Source: Vulcanimicrobiota bacterium (GTDB lineage Bacteria > Vulcanimicrobiota > Xenobia > Xenobiales > JADMJV01). From it: 64,000 nt of DNA. Positions 9,127-18,407 of the stretch are shown one piece after another. The DNA lies in contig JBFWNU010000001.1 of assembly GCA_050250895.1 (NCBI GenBank), positions 680,008 through 744,007 of the forward strand, read 5' to 3'. Made by a program: the position numbers and the translations under genes. The notes beneath the pieces were generated by a model, which made no database searches, was not told where the DNA came from, and worked only from the letters and a program-made list of their open reading frames with translations. Every line of letters begins with the position of its first letter. Position 1 is the first letter of the stretch.

Positions 9127-10946
9127 CCCGCCTCGAAGGCCAGGGTCGAGAAGCTGGCCTGGAACTCGGACAGCGGCATCTGGACGAGACCGTCGTTGCT
9201 GCCGTCGTGGTCGGCCGGATCGCGCCCCCAGGGGTTGCGTACCGTAACCATCTGGGTGACCGGGTCGTAGGCCATCACCGCATAGGCGTGGCTGGTGACC
9301 ATCTGATTGCCGTTGGCGTCGTTGTTTAGAACCCCGGCCGTGACCATCTTGCCTTCAGCCAGCGTCGCCTCGAGGATATCGCCCACCACGGCCGGGTCGC
9401 GGCCGTCGATGTTGGAGTTGAGGTTGTAGTGATTGCCGTGAGCGCCGAGACCGTGCATCGACACCGTCATGGCCCGATGTCCGGTGAACAACTCGATACC
9501 AGCCGCGGCCGGGCCGCCTTCGCTGATCTCCTGGCCCATTTGCTGTGAGCGCTGGGCGGCGGCCTTCTCGAGCAGGGCGGCCCAATCGCCGTTCGAGGTC
9601 GCGTAGATACCGCGCTCGGCTTCGGTCAAACCGGCCACGACCTGGGTGTTGCCGTCGGGGAAGGTAACCTGGTAGCCACCTCCCTTGAGGGGGGTAAGCA
9701 TGCGCTCGATCTGGTCGGGAGTTAGCCGCGACATGGCCGAGAGCACCCAGCAGTCACCGGCCAGCCCCTGCGAGATCGAGTTGGGATCGGGCCGTCCCTG
9801 GAATAGCCGCTCTTCGGCGCCGGCCCGCTGGCGGGTTCGCTGCCAGCCCGACTGCATGCGCTTGTGGGCCGTCGTCCACTGCTGGTCACCAGCCCCTCGA
9901 GGGCCGGCCTCGTAGGCCTGCAGATCGGCCCGGGACAGTCCTGGGCCACCACCCTCGTTGTTCAAGCCGGCCAGCTCTTCGAACGCATTGAGAGCCACCG
10001 CGGCGAGCTCGGCCTCGGTGCCGCGATTGCCAGGCTCACTCAAGACCCGGTCCATCTCCTGACGCGAGACCCGACCGTCATGGTCGAGATCCCACTTGTC
10101 CAGCCGCGAACTCAGGGCCTGACTCAAGTTGGCGTCAGCCTGGGTGGGCTCTTGAGCCGGGCCCTGGCCGGGCCGAAAGTCCCCCTGGCTGTGGTAGCGC
10201 CGCACCGCCTCGCGTTCTTCTTCATAGACCATGCCGTGTTGGTCGAGCACGGCCTCGCCATAGGCGGCTTTGTCGTTTTGACGCAGACCCTCGATAGCCT
10301 GTCTCTGGTTGATTTGGCCGTTGCGCACGCCATCGAAGATCTGCCCGGCCCGCAGGTAATTCTGCATGGAAGTCTCGTCACTGGTGGCCAATTCCGGCTG
10401 GTAGTCGCCCACCATGAACTGGTTGCGCAGCCCCTGATACTGGCGATAACGCTGGTCAAGGAAAGCCGCTTCCTGAGGTGAGTAGCCTCCCTCGCGAAAG
10501 AGAGCGCGCAAGCGCTGGGTCTCTCCCGAGAAAGCGTCGAGATACTGAAACTCGCTCCGGTTGATCATGCCCGAGCGAACACCTTGAAGGTCGTTAGAGC
10601 GAGCCAGACCGGTCTGCATTTCGTCATACTGAAAAGACGAGCGGGTGGCCCCCGGACCCATCAAGGGGCCACCCTGGTAGTCGCCCATCATGAACTGCCC
10701 CGCCAGCATTCGCCACTGTTGCATCCGCTGGTCGAGATAGGCGGCTTCGATTGGCGAGTAGCCGCCGGCTCTTAGCTGTTGGGCCAGGAGCCCTGCCTGC
10801 TGATGGTAGAGGTCGAGGGCGACAAACTGGTTACGGTTGATGAGCCCGCTGGCGACACCTTGAACCAGGACGTCGCTGTTGGCGCGGAACTCGAGGGAAA
10901 AGGAGGAAGTGGATGAGCGTGGTTGGACGCTACCAAAATCGAACAA
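9123..10946 (-). CDS. Calpain-like (peptidase C2) cysteine protease with EF-hand and N-terminal repeats
   Basis: Triad motifs QGLAGDCWVLS, SHAYAV and RNPWG. EF-hand DLDHDGRVSRQE. Three GV.(S/N)G.IN repeats. No Sec signal peptide. TTG start after AGGGG. Confidence 0.85.
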   Translation of the reverse strand: MFDFGSVQPRSSTSSFSLEFRANSDVLVQGVASGLINRNQFVALDLYHQQAGLLAQQLRAGGYSPIEAAYLDQRMQQWRMLAGQFMMGDYQGGPLMGPGATRSSFQYDEMQTGLARSNDLQGVRSGMINRSEFQYLDAFSGETQRLRALFREGGYSPQEAAFLDQRYRQYQGLRNQFMVGDYQPELATSDETSMQNYLRAGQIFDGVRNGQINQRQAIEGLRQNDKAAYGEAVLDQHGMVYEEEREAVRRYHSQGDFRPGQGPAQEPTQADANLSQALSSRLDKWDLDHDGRVSRQEMDRVLSEPGNRGTEAELAAVALNAFEELAGLNNEGGGPGLSRADLQAYEAGPRGAGDQQWTTAHKRMQSGWQRTRQRAGAEERLFQGRPDPNSISQGLAGDCWVLSAMSRLTPDQIERMLTPLKGGGYQVTFPDGNTQVVAGLTEAERGIYATSNGDWAALLEKAAAQRSQQMGQEISEGGPAAAGIELFTGHRAMTVSMHGLGAHGNHYNLNSNIDGRDPAVVGDILEATLAEGKMVTAGVLNNDANGNQMVTSHAYAVMAYDPVTQMVTVRNPWGRDPADHDGSNDGLVQMPLSEFQASFSTLAFEAG

Positions 10947-11348
10947 GAAACCGTTCCCCTATGTTTTCTGGCCGACAGACTCTCGCGGAACCTGTCTAAC
11001 CAAATTTCGCACACACACTCACACTGCCAGAAAAAAATACTGACAGTAGTGTTCAATGACACATATCGATGTCTGTAATGTGGGGGGGGTCGCGATCCGT
11101 CGAGGGGGATCAGGGCGTGGTCGTGGAGATGAGCAATCTGGCCTCTTATCGGGCTCTTTGTGCAGTTCTTCCGGGGCTAGAATAGCACACCCGTCAACCC
11201 GAAGTCGTTACGAAGAGGTAACAAAGTCCTGAAACTGTAACAGAATTGTTGCAAGGAAGTTTCCATGCGGACAATCCGGACCACTGCTGTCTATTTCACG
11301 CCCGGCTGGCGATCTGTCTAGGGGGGCAAGACAAGAGCGGCGAACTGG

Positions 11349-12422
11349 GTGGCTGTGTCCGACATCAGAGTGCCGCGAGAAGACGCTAACGACGACAGCG
11401 CCGTGCTGGTCAAGTGGCTGGTAGAAGACGGCCAGGAGGTCCAGGCGGGTCAGACCATCTGTGAAATGGAGACCACCAAAACGGTCTTCGCCGTGGTCGC
11501 CCCCGCCACGGGTCGCGTTCAGAGACTGGTGGAGCAGGGACAGGAGATCGAGGTTGGCGCTCCCCTGGCCCGTTTGCTGCAGGCCGGTGAGAGCCCTCAG
11601 GAAGAGACAGTTCAACGCGACAGCGGTGGCCCTCGCCTGACCCGAGAGGCCGAGCGCTACGCAGCCGAGCACCAGCTCGAGGTGAGCGCCCTCAAGAAGC
11701 GGGGTATCGTCACTCTGACCGATCTGCAAGCCATGGTCGCTCCGGCCCGGCCCAACGTCTGGGATAGGCTGCCCAGGCAAAAGCGCGTGCTCTTGATGGG
11801 GGCCGGCAGCGTGGCCTGGCAAGCCGCCGATATCTTGTTGCACGACTACTCCCGCACCGTCATCGGATGCCTGGACGACTCGCCCTCGACCTGGGGCCGG
11901 GACGTGCTGGGAGCCCCCGTCCTGGGGGCGATCTCCGACCTGGAACGCCTGTGGCAAGAGCAAAAGTTCGACGAGGCGGTGGTGGCCATGGGCAACAACC
12001 GCATCGACCTGCGTCGGGGATGGTACGAGCGTTGCCGGGCCCTGGAAATACCACTGGCCAACGTCATCGACCCCAGCGCTCGCCTCAACTCGGGCGTAGA
12101 ACTGGGTCAGGGCAATCTACTGCTGAGTTTCGTCCATGTCGGTGTGGGGGCGTGTCTGGGTGACAACAACTTCATCGCTGCCCACAGCAGCATCGACCAC
12201 CACTGCCAGCTGGGCAGCCACGTCTTCATGGGTCCCGGTTGCCTGCTCTCGGGCCTGGTGACGGTAGGTGACGAGACGCTCTTTGGTTCGGGAGTGGTGG
12301 TGCAGCCCTCGCTGCGGATTGGCACCGGTTGTCGCCTCTCTTCGGGAGCGGTAGTCATTCGCGATGTACCCGACCGTCACGCCGTCAAGTGCAGCTTCGA
12401 GCAGACGGTCACCCCCATCTGA
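11349..12422 (+). CDS. Lipoyl domain + degenerate subunit-binding domain + PglD/NeuD-type hexapeptide-repeat acetyltransferase fusion
   Basis: Lipoyl domain KWLVEDGQEV..GQTICEMETTKT (Lys at 11478-11480). PSBD-like RLTREAERYAAEHQL...GIVTLTDL. PglD Rossmann domain (LMGAG, CLDD, VAMGNN) and left-handed beta-helix with SIDHH. Confidence 0.85.
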   Translation: MAVSDIRVPREDANDDSAVLVKWLVEDGQEVQAGQTICEMETTKTVFAVVAPATGRVQRLVEQGQEIEVGAPLARLLQAGESPQEETVQRDSGGPRLTREAERYAAEHQLEVSALKKRGIVTLTDLQAMVAPARPNVWDRLPRQKRVLLMGAGSVAWQAADILLHDYSRTVIGCLDDSPSTWGRDVLGAPVLGAISDLERLWQEQKFDEAVVAMGNNRIDLRRGWYERCRALEIPLANVIDPSARLNSGVELGQGNLLLSFVHVGVGACLGDNNFIAAHSSIDHHCQLGSHVFMGPGCLLSGLVTVGDETLFGSGVVVQPSLRIGTGCRLSSGAVVIRDVPDRHAVKCSFEQTVTPI

Positions 12423-14359
12423 TGGAATTGGCCAGCCTCTACTACGAGATGCTGCGCATCCGGCGTTTTGAGGAGCGTATCCTGGAGCTGTTCTCGCAGG
12501 GCGAACTGCATGGCACGACCCACGCCTATATCGGTCAGGAAGCCATCGCGGTGGGAGTGCTCAGCCACCTCGAGCCGACGGACCGGGTGGTCTCGAACCA
12601 CCGCTGCCACGGACACTTCTTGATGCATCGCCGCGACATGACGGCGCTTTTAGCCGAACTGATGGGCAAGGCCAACGGTGTCTGCTCAGGTCGAGGGGGC
12701 AGCCAGCATCTATGCCGCGACGGTTTCTTCACCAACGGAGTGCAGGGCGGAACCTTGAGCCTGGCGGTGGGCCTGGCGCTGGCCACCCGTTTTTCCCCCG
12801 GGGGCCTGGTGGCGGTGTTCATGGGTGACGGCACCCTGGGCGAAGGGCAGACCTATGAGGCCTTCAATCTGGCTTCGCTGTGGAATCTGCCGCTGCTGTT
12901 CGTGATCGAGAACAACTTCTATTCTCAGAGCACCCCCAGCAATCTTCAGGTGGCCGGCTCGATCGCTGCCCGCCCCCGCGCCTTTGGCATCGAGACCCTC
13001 GAGGTGACCAGCAATCGTTTGCAGGATTGCTGGCGGGTGGCCGGCCAGGCGGTAGCCGACCTGCGCGCCGACGGCAAGCCACGGGCGCTGGTTTTTGACA
13101 CCTTTCGCCTTTGCTCTCACTCCAAAAGCGACGACGGTCGTCCCGAGAGCGTCATCGAGCCGTGGCGCGAGCGCGACCCGCTGTTGGCGGTGGCCCGAGA
13201 ACTGGCAGCGCCCCAAGCCAGCGAGCTCAGCCAGCGCGTCGAGGCCGAACTCGAGGCCGCGGTGGCCGCCAGTTTGACCGCCCCCATCGCCGACCAGGCG
13301 GTGCTGCCGGCCCTGCCCTGGCCCGAGCCCACCCCGCGCCAACCCTCGACGGGCCGGGTGGTCGAGGTGCTCAACGCGGCCCTGCACGAATTGATGGCCG
13401 AGGACGAACGGGTGATCCTGCTGGGCGAGGACCTGCTCGACCCTTACGGCGGCGCCTTCAAGGCTACTCGCGGGCTGTCCACCGCCTACCCGGCCCGGGT
13501 TCTGGCCACACCGCTGTCAGAGACCGGCTTCACCGGCGCCGCCGCCGGCCTGGCCCTGGCGGGCATGCGACCGATCGTCGAGATCATGTTCGGCGACTTC
13601 GTTACGCTTTGCGTCGACCCGCTGGTCAACTATGTGAGCAAGTACCGCGAGATGTATGACGATCAGGTTCGCTGCCCCCTGGTGGTGCGCACCCCGATGG
13701 GTGGCCGGCGAGGCTATGGCCCCACCCATAGCCAATCCTTGGAGCGGTTGTTCCTCGGTATCCCCGAACTGCGGCTGGTGGCTTTGAGCGCGCTGCACGA
13801 CCCTCGAGCCCTGCTGCGCACGGCCGTGGCCGATCTCGCTCCCGTGCTGTTCATCGAAAACAAACTGCTCTACACCCGGCGCCCCAGAGTCGCCGACGCT
13901 GAAGGATGGCTCGACGATCTGGCCTGGCGCGAAAGCGATCACCCCTATCCCACCGTGACCCTCTCGCCCACCGGCTTCCAACCGGGTCAGGTGAGCCTCA
14001 TCACCTACGGCGGAATGGGCGAGATGACCATGGAGGCGGCGGTGCGCCTGCTGGTCGAGCACGAGATCCGGGCCGAAGTGGTGGTGGTGAGCTGCCTGCA
14101 ACCGCTGGAACTGGGGCCCATCGAAGCGAGCCTGCAGCGCTGCGGCGGTAGAGCCGTGACCGTCGAAGAGGGCCCGGCCAGCGGTGGCTGGGGTAGCGAG
14201 GTGCTGGCCAGCTGCGCCGAAGCCGGTTGCTTGCGGGCCGGCCAACGGGTGGGCGCGGCCAACATTCCCATTCCGTCGGCCCGCGCCCTGGAAGACCAGG
14301 TACTGCCCTCGCTCGAACAGATCGTGGCTGCGGCCCGGTCGGTGGTGAGCCGGCGTTGA
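12422..14359 (+). CDS. Fused ThDP-dependent 2-oxoacid/acetoin dehydrogenase E1 alpha+beta
   Basis: HGTTHAYIGQEA, ThDP motif GDG...ENN, SHSKSDD. Beta part has GED, PLSE, EIMFGDF and GPTHSQ. ATG overlaps the upstream stop (TGATG). Confidence 0.92.
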   Translation: MELASLYYEMLRIRRFEERILELFSQGELHGTTHAYIGQEAIAVGVLSHLEPTDRVVSNHRCHGHFLMHRRDMTALLAELMGKANGVCSGRGGSQHLCRDGFFTNGVQGGTLSLAVGLALATRFSPGGLVAVFMGDGTLGEGQTYEAFNLASLWNLPLLFVIENNFYSQSTPSNLQVAGSIAARPRAFGIETLEVTSNRLQDCWRVAGQAVADLRADGKPRALVFDTFRLCSHSKSDDGRPESVIEPWRERDPLLAVARELAAPQASELSQRVEAELEAAVAASLTAPIADQAVLPALPWPEPTPRQPSTGRVVEVLNAALHELMAEDERVILLGEDLLDPYGGAFKATRGLSTAYPARVLATPLSETGFTGAAAGLALAGMRPIVEIMFGDFVTLCVDPLVNYVSKYREMYDDQVRCPLVVRTPMGGRRGYGPTHSQSLERLFLGIPELRLVALSALHDPRALLRTAVADLAPVLFIENKLLYTRRPRVADAEGWLDDLAWRESDHPYPTVTLSPTGFQPGQVSLITYGGMGEMTMEAAVRLLVEHEIRAEVVVVSCLQPLELGPIEASLQRCGGRAVTVEEGPASGGWGSEVLASCAEAGCLRAGQRVGAANIPIPSARALEDQVLPSLEQIVAAARSVVSRR

Positions 14360-15825
14360 CCAACCGCCTGCGGGTCTGGCTCGCGCTGGCTACCGGTCTG
14401 GCCATGGCCGCCTTCACCCTGGTGACCTTGCCGCCGGCCGACACCTGGTGGCATCTGGCCGCCGGCCGTTACATTCTCGAGCATGGCCTGCCGGCCACCG
14501 ATCCCTTCTCCTTTACCGCTGGCGACCACCCCTGGGTCAACCATGAGTGGCTGGTCACGGTGTGGTTCGAACTGCTCTATCGAGCCGGCGGCCTGACCCT
14601 GCTCTACGCCATGCGCAGCCTGGTGGTGGTCGTCGCTTTCGTGGGCCTGCCGCTGGTGTGGGCCTGGCGTCGCCAGAGCGAGCCGCTGGGGTGGCCGATG
14701 CTGGTGGTGCTCGCCTGGGCCTGCCAAACCATGTTTTTTATCGACCTGCGGGCCTATCTGGTCAGCTATCTGCTCTTGTCACTCACCTTTCTCTGCATTC
14801 TGTTCTATCGCGAGAGCGAGAAGATCGCCTGGCTGCTGGGCCCCGTGCTGGCCCTACCGCTCTGGGCCAACTGCCACGGAGCGTTCGTGCTGGGGGCGGC
14901 GGCGCTGGGCAGCGCCGCCCTCGGGTGCTGGCTCGAGGGTCGCCGGCCCCAGGCCGGCTGGCTGGCGGGCGGAGCCTTGCTCGGCTATCTGCTGACGGCC
15001 CTGAACCCCTATGGAACCTCGATCTGGATGTTCCCCTTCAGCCTGCTGGGCCGCGACGCCTTTCGATTGGGACTCAACGAGTGGGCCGCCCCCGACCTGT
15101 CGGGAGCCCAGCTGGCCTATTTGCTGCTGACTCTGGTGGCAGCCGTCCTGGTCCTGTGGCGAGGTCGGGAGGACCGAGTGCTATGCTTGTGGGCCCTGCT
15201 CTTTCTGGCTGCCGGGCTCAAGACCTGGCGCCACGAGCCTCTGGCCGGGCTGGCTCTGGCCTACATCCTGCCCGGCCTGGTGCCCGAGATCCGCTGGCCC
15301 TCGCGCTGGATAGTCGGTCCGTTGCTCAGTCTAGCAGCGGGCCTGCTGCTATGGCAGCGGGCCAGCGGTGGAGTCGAGCGGCTGACCGGCCTGCACACCT
15401 TCTTTCCTGTGCACGCTTGCGACTGGATCGAGGCCAATCCCGGTTTGCCGGGACGAATTCTCAATCCCTACGAGTGGGGAGGCTACCTGCTCTGGAGGCT
15501 CGGCCCGCAACGAAAAATCTTTTTCGACGGCCGAGCCCACACCGTTTATCCCGAGCAGGTCTATATCGACGGTCTTTTCACCCAGTTCGGCGAGCCCTGG
15601 TCTCGCCTGCTCGAACGCGAGGGGTTCGCCCCGCCCAGCGGCGACCTCGGCGCCTTGCTGGATCGCTACCAGGTAGAGATGGTGCTGGTCAACCGGTTGC
15701 AGGGCAACCTGGCCACCCGCTTGCCCCCGGGCTGGTATCTGGCCTATGAAGACAGCAATTGCCTGGCCTTTTTGCGCAATACCCCCGAAAACCGCTCGCG
15801 CACGTTGCTGGTTCCGCCGCGCTAG
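14356..15825 (+). CDS. Polytopic membrane protein, GT-C glycosyltransferase-like
   Basis: DTWWHLAAGRYI..DPFSFT..WVNHEWL after TM1, LWANCHG, LNPYG, NEW, YEWGGYL, FFDGR, about 11 TM helices. TTG start overlaps the E1 stop (TTGA). Confidence 0.7.
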   Translation: MTNRLRVWLALATGLAMAAFTLVTLPPADTWWHLAAGRYILEHGLPATDPFSFTAGDHPWVNHEWLVTVWFELLYRAGGLTLLYAMRSLVVVVAFVGLPLVWAWRRQSEPLGWPMLVVLAWACQTMFFIDLRAYLVSYLLLSLTFLCILFYRESEKIAWLLGPVLALPLWANCHGAFVLGAAALGSAALGCWLEGRRPQAGWLAGGALLGYLLTALNPYGTSIWMFPFSLLGRDAFRLGLNEWAAPDLSGAQLAYLLLTLVAAVLVLWRGREDRVLCLWALLFLAAGLKTWRHEPLAGLALAYILPGLVPEIRWPSRWIVGPLLSLAAGLLLWQRASGGVERLTGLHTFFPVHACDWIEANPGLPGRILNPYEWGGYLLWRLGPQRKIFFDGRAHTVYPEQVYIDGLFTQFGEPWSRLLEREGFAPPSGDLGALLDRYQVEMVLVNRLQGNLATRLPPGWYLAYEDSNCLAFLRNTPENRSRTLLVPPR

Positions 15826-18392
15826 CGGGGGGTGCCCAGCAGCTTCTGGCCGAGCTCGATCGGCTCGAGCGGCTCGGACACGGCGTAGCCCTGAGCAAAG
15901 TCAAAGCCCAGCCTCATCAGATTGCGATAATCGAACTTCTCTTGCACCGACTTGATGGTGGCGGCAATACCCCGGTCTTTGAGCAAAGACCGCACCAGGG
16001 GCATCAGGGCCTCAGCCATCGAAGCCTCGATCTTGACCATCTTGATGCCCGGTCGGGCCAGAGTGGTCAAACGCGACTCGCGAAAGCCGAAGTCGTCCAG
16101 GCAGATCTTGAAGCCTTCGCGCTCAAGCCCAGAGATGATAGCGTTCCAGCGGTCGGTGCCTCGCACCTGGCCACCCTCTCGCACCTCGAGCATCACCTGG
16201 TCGCGGCTCACGCCGTGGCGGGCCAACACCTGAGAGAGCAACATTCCCAGGTCGGGCTCGAGCAACTGCCGGTGAGAGAGATTGATCGAGACTACCAATC
16301 CGAGTCGCTGTTGGCGCCATTGCAAGATCTGGGCAGCCACCATGTCGAACATGCGGTGACCGATCTCGATGAGCACGCCGGAGCGTTCGGCCGTCTCGAG
16401 GAAATTCTCTGGCCCCAGGACGCCCATCTGGCGATGACGCCAGCGCAGCAGCGCCTCGACCTGGACCACTTTGCGTCCAGCCAGCTGAATGACTGGCTGA
16501 TAGACCACGAAGAATTCGTTCTTCTCGACAGCCGTGCGCAGCTGCCCTTCGAGGCTTTGCTGATGTTGGCGCCAGCGCTTGAATTCTCCGGTGAAAACAC
16601 AGATGCGGCCGCGCCCCTCGTCCTTGGCCTGGTACATGGCCGTTTCGGCCTGGTGAAGCAGGGCCTCGCCCGAATCAGCATCGGAAGGATAGAGACTGAC
16701 GCCGATGCTGGCTCCCAGGTGGAAACGCTGACCCTGCACCGTGAAAGGATAACTGAGGGCTTCGAGAATGCGCTCGGCCGTCCCCATCACCAGCGGACCC
16801 GGATTGCGTCCCTCGATCTCCGAGAGCAGCAAAGCGAATTCGTCCTCGCCTCGACGGGCCAGCACGTCGGAGTTGCGGACCAACTCTTTGAGGCGAGTCG
16901 CCACCGCTCGCAACAACTCATTGCCGGCCTGGTGTCCCATGGTTTCGTTGACCACCCGAAAGTGATCGAGATCCATGACCATCAAAGCCACCACTCGATT
17001 GTAACGGCTGGCCTGTTGCAGTGCGAACTCGAGATACTTCTTGAGGATATTGAGATTGGGCAAGCCGGTGAGACTGTCTTCAAAAGCCAATCGCTGGGTT
17101 TCTTTGGCGTTGGCCGTGGCCCCCCGCTCCTGCTTTAGTTCCATCACGGTGGCGTCGAGTTTCTTCTCGGTCTCGGTGAGCCGCGATTGCAGCCAGTTGA
17201 CCTGGGTGCGGGCTTGCTCGAGCATGGTCTCGGCTTTCTTGGTGCGCACTCCGAGTTCGTCTCCCGAGCCGGTCGAGAGCGAGGCGGTGGCCGTCCGCAG
17301 CTGCTCGCGCAAGCTGTCGTTCTGGCGCTGGAGCTGCTCGAGAGCGGCCGGGTCGACGCCGGACTCGTGCTTGAGGGCGAGCGTCTGTTGCAACTCGTCG
17401 CGCAACCCCTCGAGCCCTTCCAGGCGGGCTTTGAGCACTTCTTCGCGTTCGCGGGCGGTCTCGCGCTCCTGGCGCATCACCCGCAGCGACTCGTTCAATT
17501 CTTCGTTGAGGCCCAGCAACGATTGCACCCGGCGCTCGGCCCTGGCCACCTCGGCCCGCTGTTTTTGCAGCTCTTGCTCGAGCCCTTCGTCGGCCGGAGC
17601 AGAAGTAGCTTCCTGGGCAGCTGCCAAAAGGGCGGTTAGTCGCACCACTTCACGCTCGAGCCCGGCCGCCTTCTCGGTCGCCTCTTCCAGCCTGGGGGCC
17701 AGTTCTTCAGCCCGCCTGGCCTCTTCTAGCTCGACCCTGGCCAGGCGCAGCTCTTCTTCGAGGTCGGTCACCAGCTCGGCCGGAATGGATTGTTCGAGTT
17801 CGCCCCTCAAGTGGTCGACCATGGCCTCGGCTCGAGCCAGGTCGGCCTCCAGGCGCTCTACGGCGGGATCGGTAAGAGGTTCGGCCTGGGCCCTGGCCTT
17901 CCACTCATCACGCTCTTCAAGGGCCTTTTCGAGCTTCTTCTCGAGCCTGGCCAGGTCGGCCGAACGATCGATGGCCGGCTCGGGTTGCTGCTCGAGTTGG
18001 TCCTCGAGCTTTTGATTCTTGTTTTTCGAGCGAGCTAACTTAGACAGAGCCTGCTGCAATTGGCGCTCGGCATCGCGCTGGGCCGACTCGGCCTGACGCT
18101 TCTTGCGAGCCGTCTGGCGCTGGGTCCGCTGCAGGGCCGCCAGCTTCTCGCGCAACTGCTCGACTTCACCCTCGAGGGGGTTCAGGGTTACGGCCAATTC
18201 GAGTCGAGCGGGTTGGTTTTGCCATTGGCAGGGAGTCGCTTTGACCGGGGGCTCGAAACTGGTCTCGGCGGCCCGGTTGGCATACAGCAGGGCCCCATCT
18301 TCGGCCACCACCCGAAGCGGACTGGGCAGGTCATCTAGAAGCTTTTGTAGTTCTCCGGTGCGAGGACGAGGGTGCTTGCGCCGTGGGGCCAT
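15822..18392 (-). CDS. Coiled-coil GGDEF-EAL protein with degenerate active sites
   Basis: DSLTGLPN, DLDHFRVVNETMGH, RRGEDEF, EALLRW, DDFGFRES, and IKSVQ in place of AEGVE. About 350 aa of coiled coil at the N-terminus. Confidence 0.88.
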   Translation of the reverse strand: MAPRRKHPRPRTGELQKLLDDLPSPLRVVAEDGALLYANRAAETSFEPPVKATPCQWQNQPARLELAVTLNPLEGEVEQLREKLAALQRTQRQTARKKRQAESAQRDAERQLQQALSKLARSKNKNQKLEDQLEQQPEPAIDRSADLARLEKKLEKALEERDEWKARAQAEPLTDPAVERLEADLARAEAMVDHLRGELEQSIPAELVTDLEEELRLARVELEEARRAEELAPRLEEATEKAAGLEREVVRLTALLAAAQEATSAPADEGLEQELQKQRAEVARAERRVQSLLGLNEELNESLRVMRQERETAREREEVLKARLEGLEGLRDELQQTLALKHESGVDPAALEQLQRQNDSLREQLRTATASLSTGSGDELGVRTKKAETMLEQARTQVNWLQSRLTETEKKLDATVMELKQERGATANAKETQRLAFEDSLTGLPNLNILKKYLEFALQQASRYNRVVALMVMDLDHFRVVNETMGHQAGNELLRAVATRLKELVRNSDVLARRGEDEFALLLSEIEGRNPGPLVMGTAERILEALSYPFTVQGQRFHLGASIGVSLYPSDADSGEALLHQAETAMYQAKDEGRGRICVFTGEFKRWRQHQQSLEGQLRTAVEKNEFFVVYQPVIQLAGRKVVQVEALLRWRHRQMGVLGPENFLETAERSGVLIEIGHRMFDMVAAQILQWRQQRLGLVVSINLSHRQLLEPDLGMLLSQVLARHGVSRDQVMLEVREGGQVRGTDRWNAIISGLEREGFKICLDDFGFRESRLTTLARPGIKMVKIEASMAEALMPLVRSLLKDRGIAATIKSVQEKFDYRNLMRLGFDFAQGYAVSEPLEPIELGQKLLGTPR

Positions 18393-18407
18393 GACAGAAC
18401 CTTCCTT

